Below are positions 45,931 to 54,913 of a DNA stretch of 64,000 nucleotides, one piece after another; the stretch's first letter is position 1; the number at the start of each line of letters is the position of its first letter. The translations under genes were made by a program, and so were the position numbers. The DNA is taken from assembly GCA_019637335.1 (NCBI GenBank), contig JAHBVV010000018.1, forward strand, positions 64,107 through 128,106, in the 5' to 3' direction. This DNA is from Candidatus Hydrogenedentota bacterium (lineage in GTDB: Bacteria; Hydrogenedentota; Hydrogenedentia; Hydrogenedentales; JAEUWI01). The notes under the pieces are model-generated. The model had not been told where the DNA came from. It made no database searches and saw only the letters and a list, made by a program, of their open reading frames with translations.

Positions 45931-48003
45931 ATGGCCAGCCAGCGTGAAGTGAGGAAAGCCACCGGGTGGGCGTTCGTGTCGTTGTTAGCGACCGCCGTTC
46001 TGTTGGTGGGCTGCCCCGTGACTCCAAATCCGGATCCGGACCCGGATCCCGACCCGGAACCCCAGGTGGTGGTTCCGGTTTCCACTTCACCGGGCCTGAA
46101 CGTGGAAATCGAGAAAGTGGAGATCCCGGCGGACCTGAAGCCGGTGATCCATCTTACGATCACGGACAACGCGGGCCAGCTGATCCCGTTGCGCGAACTC
46201 ACGGACGCGCGCTTCATTCTGGCTTACCTGAATCCGTCGCCTCCCGAGGGGAGCACGGCCCACTACATCAGCTATAACACCCGAACGGAAGCCGCGGCGG
46301 GCGGCGGCACGGTGCTGCAGGCGACGTACGACGGGGCCGGGCTGGGCGGCCTGACCCAGAAAGCGGACGGGACCCTGAGTTATAAGTTTGGAACGGCCCT
46401 GCCCGCGGACTATATCGAAAGCGCCACCCACCAGATCGGCGGGCAGCTCTCGCGGCGTTTTCCCATCGACGAGGTCGTTTATCCCGCGAACGCGGACTTC
46501 AAGTTCCGCCCGGACGGCGGCATGGAACTGGGCGCCCGCGAGATTGTGAACACGGAGACGTGCAACGTCTGCCACACGCGGTTGGCGGTTCACGGTACGC
46601 GCCGCGAAGTACAGCTTTGCATCCTCTGCCACAACCCGGGATCGACGGACGGGAACACGGGCAATTCGGTCGATTTTGCGGAGATGATACATAAGATCCA
46701 CCGGGGCGCGGGCCTGCCCAGCGTGCAGGATGGCGAGCCCTACCAGATCATCGGTTTCCGCAACACGGTGCACGACTATTCCGAGGTGCATTTTCCGCAG
46801 CCGGTACAGAACTGCACGGCGTGCCACGCCAACACCGACATGGCGAACATCTACATGACCACGCCCACCATCGCGGGTTGCGCCTCCTGCCACGACCGGA
46901 CCTGGTTCGGCGATCCGCTGCAAACGCCGGCGGGCTGGGAAAACCACCTGGCCGGCCAGCAGGTTGACAATCGCCTGTGCGCGCTGTGCCACACGCCGAC
47001 CGCGCCCGGGCCGTCTCCGATCATGGAAGCGCACCGGCTGCTGACCGATCACCCGAACGCGCCGGGTCTCGCGCTGACCGTCAACCGCGTGACGACGGCC
47101 GAGACCGAGACGGGCATCGCCGTGACAATCAACTTCACCGCGGAGGACGAAAGCGGCGCGCCGTACACGCAGCTTTCCGCGCTCTCCACGGTCGCGGCGA
47201 CGGTCGCCTACCCGGCCGCCGAATACGAGACTTCATTCCGCGAGACGATCAACGCGGGCAATTCCGTCGCTAATGGGGATGGAACCTTTAACTACACATT
47301 TAACCGCCAGCTACCCGCGGGGCTTACCGACACCGTCGCCGTGGCGATGGACGGCCGGTTGAACTTCGCCATTGGCGACCTGAACGTGACCCAGGGCACC
47401 TCGTCCAACGGCCGGATGATCTTCACGGCCAACAACAGCCAGCCCGTCGAGCGGCGCCAGATCGTGGACGACGCGAAGTGCAATGCCTGCCACGGGGAGG
47501 TCCGGCTGCACGGAAGTCTGCGCGTCGGCGTCGAGTACTGTGTGATGTGCCACAACCCGAGTTCCTCGGACATCAACCGGCGGCCGGAAGGCGCCGGCGA
47601 TCCGGAGACGATCAACTTCAAGGACATGATCCACAAGATCCACCGCGGCGCCGAGCTGGAAAGCGGCTACACGGTCTATGGCTTCGGCAGCACCGCGTTC
47701 GATTTCACCGGCGTGCACTTCCCTGGCGACCTGCGCGCCTGCGAAATGTGCCACGTCGAAGGCTCCTACAGCGTTCCGCTGGCTATGGAGACCCTTTCAA
47801 CCATTGTGACGGATGCGGCCGGCGCGCTTCTGAGGGAGAAGCTTCCCGAGCGGGCGGCCTGCGTATCCTGCCACGACAGCCTGATTACCGAGGTGCACGC
47901 GATCCTGCAGACCGACCCGAACACACGGGTGGAGTCTTGTTCGGTGTGCCACGGCAACAACGCGGATTTCTCGGTGCTCGACGTCCACAACATGGGCCCG
48001 TGA
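45931..48003 (+). CDS. Decaheme c-type cytochrome lipoprotein (MtrC/OmcA-like outer-surface cytochrome candidate)
   Basis: Lipobox LLVGC followed by PNPDPDPDPDPEP linker. Ten CxxCH motifs arranged as two homologous pentaheme halves, each ending in the motif (F/N)xxMIHKIHRGA. Confidence 0.8.
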   Translation: MASQREVRKATGWAFVSLLATAVLLVGCPVTPNPDPDPDPDPEPQVVVPVSTSPGLNVEIEKVEIPADLKPVIHLTITDNAGQLIPLRELTDARFILAYLNPSPPEGSTAHYISYNTRTEAAAGGGTVLQATYDGAGLGGLTQKADGTLSYKFGTALPADYIESATHQIGGQLSRRFPIDEVVYPANADFKFRPDGGMELGAREIVNTETCNVCHTRLAVHGTRREVQLCILCHNPGSTDGNTGNSVDFAEMIHKIHRGAGLPSVQDGEPYQIIGFRNTVHDYSEVHFPQPVQNCTACHANTDMANIYMTTPTIAGCASCHDRTWFGDPLQTPAGWENHLAGQQVDNRLCALCHTPTAPGPSPIMEAHRLLTDHPNAPGLALTVNRVTTAETETGIAVTINFTAEDESGAPYTQLSALSTVAATVAYPAAEYETSFRETINAGNSVANGDGTFNYTFNRQLPAGLTDTVAVAMDGRLNFAIGDLNVTQGTSSNGRMIFTANNSQPVERRQIVDDAKCNACHGEVRLHGSLRVGVEYCVMCHNPSSSDINRRPEGAGDPETINFKDMIHKIHRGAELESGYTVYGFGSTAFDFTGVHFPGDLRACEMCHVEGSYSVPLAMETLSTIVTDAAGALLREKLPERAACVSCHDSLITEVHAILQTDPNTRVESCSVCHGNNADFSVLDVHNMGP

Positions 48004-48082
48004 TCGCGGGATTCGCCAGTATAATCAGTAGTACGGGTCGCGGGGAAGGTGGTAGTACCGAGCCGCCTTCCCCGCGGCATCC

Positions 48083-49558
48083 ATGATGGTTCGGGCCGTA
48101 GCGCGGGAGAATGGATTCATGACAAGGACACCCAGGGGATGGAAGTGGGCTATCGGCCAACTTGTCTGGCGTAACTGGCTGACGTTGTTCGGCAGCAGCC
48201 TGACCACGGTGAGCGCACTGGCGATTATCGTGTTCATGGTGCTTGGGGGGGCGGGCGTCGCCCTTTCGCCCTATATCGGCCTGCTCACGTACCTGGTGCT
48301 CCCGGGAATCTTCGTTTTCGGCCTGCTGCTCATTCCGCTGGGCGCCTGGGTTGACCGGCGGCGGCGCCGCCGCCTCAACGAAGATGAGCCCGCCCATATC
48401 GATCTGGATTTCAACAACCCGCGCATCCGGCGGCTGGCGATGATCGTCACCGTGCTTACGGCGGCCAACATCGCCATCATATCGGCGGTGAGCTACGAGG
48501 GCGCGGTGTACATGGAATCGGTGGCTTTCTGCGGCACGACATGCCACACCGTGATGGAGCCCGAGTTTACGGCCCACATGAACTCGCCGCACGCGCATAT
48601 CAGCTGTGTGGAGTGCCACATCGGCCCGGGGCTGTCCGCGATGGTCCACGCGAAGCTCAACGGGCTCAACCAGGTGTACGGCGTGCTGACGGGCTCGTAT
48701 GAACGCCCAGTGCCGACGCCGGTGCACGGCATGGCGAACGCGGAGCTTACCTGCGGCGAGTGCCACAACCCGGGCATGGATCTGGGGAACACCTTGCGGG
48801 TAACGACGGATTACGCCACCGACGATGCGAATACGCCCCTGACGTCCGTTCTGCTGATGCGCGTGGGCGGGCGGGGCGTCGAGGGCACGGGCATCCACAA
48901 CTGGCACCTCGCTCCCGGCCGGGAGGTCTACTTCTATTCGCCGGACGACAAACGGGAAGTGATCACCTATGTGAAGGTGGCCAATGAAGACGGCACGGAA
49001 GTGGAATACTTCGTTGACGGGGCCGAGGTTGACCCCGCCTCCCTGCCACCCGGCGCCTTGCGGAAGATGGACTGCACCGATTGCCACAACCGGGCGAGCC
49101 ACGTCTTCGAAATGCCGGGTCCCGCGTTGAACAAGGCCATTGCGCGTGGCGAGATCGATGTTGCGCTGCCGTCCGTGAAGGCGGCGGGCCTGGAGGCGCT
49201 GGAGGGCGCGGTCGCGGCGGAGGATGGCCCGGCCTTCATTGCGAAGTCGGTACAGGACTATTACGCGGCGAACTACGCGGACGCCGCGGCGCAACAGCAA
49301 GCGCTGATCGATCGGGCGATCGCGAGCATGCAGGGCATATACAAGCGCAACATCTTCCCGAAAATGAATATCGGGTGGGGGACGTATCCCGACCACAATG
49401 GCCACACCATGTTCAATGGGTGCTTTCGCTGCCACGACGACGGTCACAGCAGCCGCGACGGCGCGCACGTCATCAGCCAGGACTGCACCGCGTGCCACAA
49501 CGTTGTTACGTGGCAGGAGGAGAACCCCGAAATACTTTCGACCCTGGGGCTTCAGTAA
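48083..49558 (+). CDS. Membrane-anchored hexaheme cytochrome c (quinol dehydrogenase candidate)
   Basis: Two N-terminal TM helices. Six heme sites: CGTTCH (a CX3CH variant), CVECH, CGECH, CTDCH, CFRCH, CTACH. An alternative start at 48119 (MTRTPRGWKW) has a better RBS. Confidence 0.7.
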   Translation: MMVRAVARENGFMTRTPRGWKWAIGQLVWRNWLTLFGSSLTTVSALAIIVFMVLGGAGVALSPYIGLLTYLVLPGIFVFGLLLIPLGAWVDRRRRRRLNEDEPAHIDLDFNNPRIRRLAMIVTVLTAANIAIISAVSYEGAVYMESVAFCGTTCHTVMEPEFTAHMNSPHAHISCVECHIGPGLSAMVHAKLNGLNQVYGVLTGSYERPVPTPVHGMANAELTCGECHNPGMDLGNTLRVTTDYATDDANTPLTSVLLMRVGGRGVEGTGIHNWHLAPGREVYFYSPDDKREVITYVKVANEDGTEVEYFVDGAEVDPASLPPGALRKMDCTDCHNRASHVFEMPGPALNKAIARGEIDVALPSVKAAGLEALEGAVAAEDGPAFIAKSVQDYYAANYADAAAQQQALIDRAIASMQGIYKRNIFPKMNIGWGTYPDHNGHTMFNGCFRCHDDGHSSRDGAHVISQDCTACHNVVTWQEENPEILSTLGLQ

Positions 49559-49654
49559 GGTACGGCTTGCCGCGGCGTCGCCCGGGATGGCGCCGCGGGG
49601 CACAGCAGGTGTCCCGGCGCGCCCGCGCGAAACGGCGGGTGAAAAGGGGATGGT

Positions 49655-50290
49655 ATGACGCGTTCGGTTCAATGCACGGTGTGGGCGGGGCTGCTGGTCG
49701 CCGCGGGTTGCGTGACGCCCGAGGTTCGCTACGAGACGATTCACGAGGCGGCCGCCGAAGGGAACACGCACGATGTTGCGGCGATGGTCGATGGCGGCCA
49801 ATCGATCAACGCGCGGGGCGAGCACGGCATGACGCCGCTGCATAGCGCTGCCGCCTGGGGCAATGAGAACATCATGGCGTACCTTATCCGCAACGGCGCG
49901 GAGGTGAACGCGACGAACGACTGGGGGCTCACGGCCCTGCATATTGCCGCCGCCCGGTGCCACGATCACGATGTGTTGTTTCTTCTCGAGCACGGGGCCG
50001 ATCCCAACGCCCCGACCAACGCGAGCTGGACGCCGCTCCATTATGCGGCGGCCCGCGGCAACGTGCAGGTTACCCGCACCTTGCTCGACGCCGGGGCGAA
50101 CCCGGACCTCCAGAACCAGACCGGCGACACGCCGCTGCACCGCGCCGCGCGCAACGCCAGCGAAGACGTGGTGCGGCTGCTTCTGGAGCGTGGCGCGGAC
50201 CCGGCCCTGAAGAACGCCGACGGCGACACCCCCGCCGCCGCCGCGACCCGCGAGGGCCACGCGAACATCGCGGCGATCTTCGGGCGGTAG
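49655..50290 (+). CDS. Ankyrin-repeat lipoprotein
   Basis: Lipobox LVAAGC; five ankyrin repeats (G.TPLH.AA..G motifs). Confidence 0.75.
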   Translation: MTRSVQCTVWAGLLVAAGCVTPEVRYETIHEAAAEGNTHDVAAMVDGGQSINARGEHGMTPLHSAAAWGNENIMAYLIRNGAEVNATNDWGLTALHIAAARCHDHDVLFLLEHGADPNAPTNASWTPLHYAAARGNVQVTRTLLDAGANPDLQNQTGDTPLHRAARNASEDVVRLLLERGADPALKNADGDTPAAAATREGHANIAAIFGR

Positions 50291-50438
50291 GGGGGCGGCG
50301 GCCCGGCACGGTTCCGGCGAATTGTGGGCGCGCCGGGCGGGTTGACGCGTTTCCGCCTGTCCGATCGCGCCGGTGTTTGTTATACTGGCTCCTTGAAAAG
50401 AGAAGGCGTCTCGATTCTCCCACCGTAAAGGAGCCCCC

Positions 50439-51623
50439 ATGCTTGTACCCGTTCTCGCCGCGCTCGCACTCGCCGTTACCCCCGAGCCCGCGGGCGATCC
50501 GTGGCCCATGCACACCATCGACAACACCTCCGAGGGCGCCGATGGCGTGCGCCTGGCCGATTTCGACGGCGATGGCCTTCCCGATATCGCTACGGGCTGG
50601 GAAGAGGGCGGGGTAGTCCGTATCTACCGCAATCCCGGCCCCGAAAGGGTCCGGGAACCGTGGCCGATGGTCGAGATCGCGCAGGTGCGCTCGCCGGAGG
50701 ACGCCGTCTTTGCCGATCTCGATGGCGACGGCGCGCTGGACGTCATCAGTTGCAGCGAGGGCGAGGAGCGGCAGATCTGGATCCATTGGGCGCCGTCCGA
50801 TCCCGAGCTCTACATGGACCCGAGCGCCTGGACAACGGAAGCGCTGCCCGCCGCCGCCGGCATGACCCAATGGATGTACTGCCTGCCGATGCAGGTGGAC
50901 GGCCAGCGCGGCATCGATCTGGTCGCCGGATCGAAGAATTTTGATGCGGTTATCGGGTGGTTTGAATCCCCGGAGAATCCGCGCGACCTCGCCGCCTGGC
51001 GCTGGCATCCGATGCGGCAGGCCGGCTGGGTGATGTCGCTCATCGCCCACGATGTCGACGGCGACGGCCATATGGACGTGGCCTACACGGACCGCAAGCA
51101 GAACCTCCGGAGCGCCGGATGGCTGCGCAATCCCGGCCCGGACGATCCCGAGGCGCTGCGCAGGCCCTGGGACGACCACACCTTCGGCGGGCGGGAATCG
51201 GAAGTGATGTTTCTGAATCATGGCGCCTTTTCGCCCGCCGGGCCCACGGAATGGGTCTGCGCGAACCGGGGCCGCGGCCTCTTGCGATTCACGCCCGGCG
51301 AAAGCCCCGATACCTGGATCCAGGAAGAGATCCCGATGCCGCTCAACACGGGAACGGGCAAGGCGGTCGCGATCGGCGATCTCAACGGTGATCGCCGCCC
51401 GGATATCGCGGTCACCTGCGAAGCGGCGGAGAACCGCCACGGCGTGTTCTGGCTGGAACAGTCGGACGACGGCTGGATCCCCCGCGCCATTTCGGGACTG
51501 ACCGGCACGAAATATGACCTGGTCGTGCTGTACGACCTGGACGGAGATGGCGATCTGGATGTGCTGACGTGTGAAGAGAACGAGAATCTGGGGGTGATCT
51601 GGTACGAAAACCCGTTGAAATAG
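50439..51623 (+). CDS. Secreted FG-GAP/VCBS-like repeat protein
   Basis: aaaggag RBS; signal peptide; repeated DxDGDGxxD calcium-binding FG-GAP motifs (FDGDGLPDI, LDGDGALDV, VDGDGHMDV, LNGDRRPDI, LDGDGDLDV). Confidence 0.65.
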   Translation: MLVPVLAALALAVTPEPAGDPWPMHTIDNTSEGADGVRLADFDGDGLPDIATGWEEGGVVRIYRNPGPERVREPWPMVEIAQVRSPEDAVFADLDGDGALDVISCSEGEERQIWIHWAPSDPELYMDPSAWTTEALPAAAGMTQWMYCLPMQVDGQRGIDLVAGSKNFDAVIGWFESPENPRDLAAWRWHPMRQAGWVMSLIAHDVDGDGHMDVAYTDRKQNLRSAGWLRNPGPDDPEALRRPWDDHTFGGRESEVMFLNHGAFSPAGPTEWVCANRGRGLLRFTPGESPDTWIQEEIPMPLNTGTGKAVAIGDLNGDRRPDIAVTCEAAENRHGVFWLEQSDDGWIPRAISGLTGTKYDLVVLYDLDGDGDLDVLTCEENENLGVIWYENPLK

Positions 51624-51772
51624 CGGAAGGCTTTCGGCATCGACGGAATTGAACAGCGCCGCGAATAACGGCGATTCGCCGGTTGTACCTCCTGTCGCAC
51701 CGGTAGTAGACTGAAGCGGAATTCGCAACCCGGCGCCCCGTTGGCGGCGCCGCGCCCCGGGAGGGCTGTTAC

Positions 51773-52891
51773 ATGGCACTTTGGGACAAAATCCGCGGGG
51801 AACTGGTCGATATCATTGAATGGCTGGACCCGGCCAGCGACATCCTGGTCCACCGTTTCGAGCGCCATGGCAACGAGATCAAGCACGGGGCGAAGCTCAC
51901 GGTCCGCGAGGGCCAGGCGGCGGTCTTCATCAAGGAGGGCAAGCTGGCCGACGTGTTCAGCCCCGGCATGTATACGCTGGACACGAAAAACCTGCCGATC
52001 ATCTCCACGCTGGAGGGTTGGCGGCACGGGTTCGAAAGCCCCTTCAAGGCCGAGGTGTATTTCATCAGCACCCGCCGTTTCACCAACCTGAAGTGGGGCA
52101 CGAAGAATCCCATCATGCTGCGCGACGCGGAGTTCGGCCCGTTGCGGGTGCGCATGTTCGGCACCTACTGCATGCGCGTGCAGCAGCCCGCCGTCTTCGT
52201 CAAGGAGATCGTCGGCACAGACGGCCACTTCACGACGGGCGAGATTGTCGAGCAGATGCGCAATTTGATTGTTGCGCGCTTTTCGGATCTGGTGGCCGAG
52301 AGCAGGATTCCCGTGCTCGATCTGGCCGCGAACTACGACGAACTGGGCCGTTTCGCCACGGAGCGCCTGCACGATGACTTCGAGGCCTACGGGCTGGATG
52401 TCACCAATCTGCTGGTGGAGAACATTTCGCTGCCGCCGGCGGTGGAAGAGGCGCTCGACAAGCGGGCGAGCATGGGCGTGATCGGGAATCTCCAGCAATA
52501 CACCCAGTTCCAGGCGGCGAACGCGATGGAAAGCGCCGCGAAGAACCCCGGCGGCGAAGCGGCGGGCGGCATGGGATTGGGAATGGGCTTCGCCATGGCC
52601 AACCAGATGGTCCAGGGCTTCGGCCAGCAGACGCAGGGCGCGAACGCGACGCCGACGCCGGGCCCGCCGCCCATCCCCGGGCAGACCCAGTTCTTTGTGG
52701 CGGTCAACGGCCAGCAGACCGGGCCGTATACCGCCGCCGCGATACAGCAGCAGGCGTCTCAGGGCCAGATCGCGGCGGAAACGCTGGTCTGGGCGCAGGG
52801 CATGGCGAACTGGACCGCCGCCGGGCAGGTTCCCGAGTTGCGGGACGCCTTCGCGCCGGGTCCGCCGCCTGTTCCGCCTGGCGCGCCCTGA
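51773..52891 (+). CDS. SPFH (band-7) domain protein with C-terminal GYF-like (DUF4339) domain
   Basis: gggaggg RBS; the N-terminal about 270 aa are SPFH-like; a Gly/Gln-rich linker; C-terminal FFVAVNGQQTGPYT...LVWAQGMANW GYF-like motif. Confidence 0.65.
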   Translation: MALWDKIRGELVDIIEWLDPASDILVHRFERHGNEIKHGAKLTVREGQAAVFIKEGKLADVFSPGMYTLDTKNLPIISTLEGWRHGFESPFKAEVYFISTRRFTNLKWGTKNPIMLRDAEFGPLRVRMFGTYCMRVQQPAVFVKEIVGTDGHFTTGEIVEQMRNLIVARFSDLVAESRIPVLDLAANYDELGRFATERLHDDFEAYGLDVTNLLVENISLPPAVEEALDKRASMGVIGNLQQYTQFQAANAMESAAKNPGGEAAGGMGLGMGFAMANQMVQGFGQQTQGANATPTPGPPPIPGQTQFFVAVNGQQTGPYTAAAIQQQASQGQIAAETLVWAQGMANWTAAGQVPELRDAFAPGPPPVPPGAP

Positions 52892-53450
52892 GGGTCTTTG
52901 GCCGCGGGCTCACCGGTACGGCGTAAAGCCGGGTGTGGGGCCCACCGCCGTGAACCAGCTCGGGTCCGCCTGAATGGCGGGCGCCGTTTCGGCGAAATCC
53001 TGCACCAGGTGGCGCGGGGCGGTTCTCAGAAAGCTTTCCGTCGGCCCCGGCCGCGTAAACCAGGAGGGAAGCTCGGTCTCCCGGGCGAGGGCCTGGGTCG
53101 TGGTTTCGGTGGCGGCCATAGCGTTTTCACCTTTCTACCTTGCGCTTGCCTTTTTGTCAGCGGTGAGCAATTTGTGCTCGTATAAACCAGAGCTATGCCA
53201 ATTTCGTAACTATATGTAATTAAACCTCTTATCGAGTTACTGTTCCATATTGGATTGTGCGATATATTCAATGTAGACACATTGTATGTCGAGATTGACC
53301 ATGTTTTTCTGGGACAGGCTGAAATCGGTCGTGCGCCGGGCCATTGCCCCCCGGCGGCTGTGCGGGCGGATTGAGGCGACGACGACGGAGGGCGTTGTCG
53401 GGGCGCGATCGCGCCTGCTACACTCAGCGCGGAAAAACGAGGAGCTACAC

Positions 53451-54875
53451 ATGAAATCGAAAACCCAGGCGTTTGGCCGCCGAAGCTTCCTGCGCCGGGC
53501 GGTGTGTGCGGGGTCCCTGCTGGGCGCGTCGGCGGGCCCGCAGGTTTTGTCGTTTGCGCAGGGCGACAAGACATTCCGGGCCGGCGAGGCGCATGTCGAT
53601 GCGACACCGCCGCTGGAGATTGAGCTTGCGGGGTTCCACTATCCCGTGGGCGGAACGCCGCGCCACATCACCGGCATCCGCCAGCCCGCGGCGGTGCGCG
53701 CGCTGGTATTGGAGCAGAACCTGACCCAGGTCGCGCTGGTTTCGTTGGACATTGCGGCGGTCTCCGAGGAGATGTCTCGGAGCGTGGGTAAGGCGGTGGC
53801 GGAGAAGACGGGGATTCCGGCGTCGAACGTGCGGCTTTGCGCGACGCACACGCACTCGATGCCGACCTTTGCATACTGGCGGCAGTGGGGCCTGATTCCC
53901 GAAGAGTACCGGGCGGCGGTGGAAGCGAAGATCGTGGAGGCCGTGGTAAAGGCCCAGGCCGACTGCGCCGAGGCCGCACTGTTTGTTGGCGGCAGCCCGG
54001 CGGAGGGGGGCAATTTCAACCGCACGTCGAAGACCTGGAAGAACGAGGCGGAATTCGGGCCGGGCAGCAGCGACGCGGATCGCTGGCTCGACCGGTTGGT
54101 CCAGGTGCTGTACCTCGAGCGCGCCGGGGGCAAGCCGGGGATTCTGTGGTACCACTTTGCGTCGCACCCGGTCTGCTACAACGACGGGCAGGCGGGCCCG
54201 GACTGGCCCGGGCTGGTGACCGACCGGATCACGGCGGAGTACGGGATGGTTCCGTCGTTCCTGCAGGGACACGCGGGCGATGTGAATCCGGGAGACGGCG
54301 TCAAGTGGATCGGCGAGGCCGAACCCTCGGCCAATGCGGTGGTGGCGGCGATCGATCGCGCAATGTCGCGCCTGGAGCGCATCCCGGTAGACGGGATCGG
54401 TGCGGTGGAGAAGCCTATGGCGTTGCCGCTCGATCTCGAACGGTACCGGCAGTGGCTGAGCGCCTACGCGGAGAATCCGGCCGCCTGCGCGTCGGGGGTG
54501 TGGGTGGACGCGGGGTTTGCGAAGGAATGGTACGAGGCAAGCGTCCAGAAGAACTGGACCGAGCCGGTGCTGCGCGCGCCCGCCAGCGCGATCCGGCTTG
54601 GGTCGGTGGGGCTGGCCTTTCACCCGAGCGAACTCTTCAGCTACTACGGGCTGGCGATCCGCCGCCAGTCGCCCTTCGACCACACGCTCGTGACGGGCTA
54701 CGCGGATGGGTCGATCGGTTACGTCACCGACCCCGCCGCGTACAACGAGGGGGATGGCGGCATTTATGCGGCGGTCACCGTGCCGAAGATCATCGATATC
54801 CCGCCGTTTACGCCCGAAGCCGGCCGCGAGCTCGCGGCGGCCATGATCGCGCTTTTGCGTTCGGCAACCGTGTAG
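53451..54875 (+). CDS. Tat-exported hydrolase-like protein (weak resemblance to neutral ceramidase N-terminal region)
   Basis: gaggag RBS; MKSKTQAFGRRSFLRRAVCAGSLLGA twin-arginine signal; CATHTHS motif reminiscent of the ceramidase ATHTHSGP box. Family call is tentative. Confidence 0.55.
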   Translation: MKSKTQAFGRRSFLRRAVCAGSLLGASAGPQVLSFAQGDKTFRAGEAHVDATPPLEIELAGFHYPVGGTPRHITGIRQPAAVRALVLEQNLTQVALVSLDIAAVSEEMSRSVGKAVAEKTGIPASNVRLCATHTHSMPTFAYWRQWGLIPEEYRAAVEAKIVEAVVKAQADCAEAALFVGGSPAEGGNFNRTSKTWKNEAEFGPGSSDADRWLDRLVQVLYLERAGGKPGILWYHFASHPVCYNDGQAGPDWPGLVTDRITAEYGMVPSFLQGHAGDVNPGDGVKWIGEAEPSANAVVAAIDRAMSRLERIPVDGIGAVEKPMALPLDLERYRQWLSAYAENPAACASGVWVDAGFAKEWYEASVQKNWTEPVLRAPASAIRLGSVGLAFHPSELFSYYGLAIRRQSPFDHTLVTGYADGSIGYVTDPAAYNEGDGGIYAAVTVPKIIDIPPFTPEAGRELAAAMIALLRSATV

Positions 54876-54913
54876 AATACGGGGGTATTGGCGTTCAACT
54901 CCGGGGACGATCG

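Noticed and set aside
52910-53119. 69-aa minus-strand ORF between the SPFH gene and the AT-rich island.
   Set aside because: No RBS, no conserved motif, Ala/Thr/Pro-rich. Likely noncoding 3' region, although a small protein cannot be excluded.
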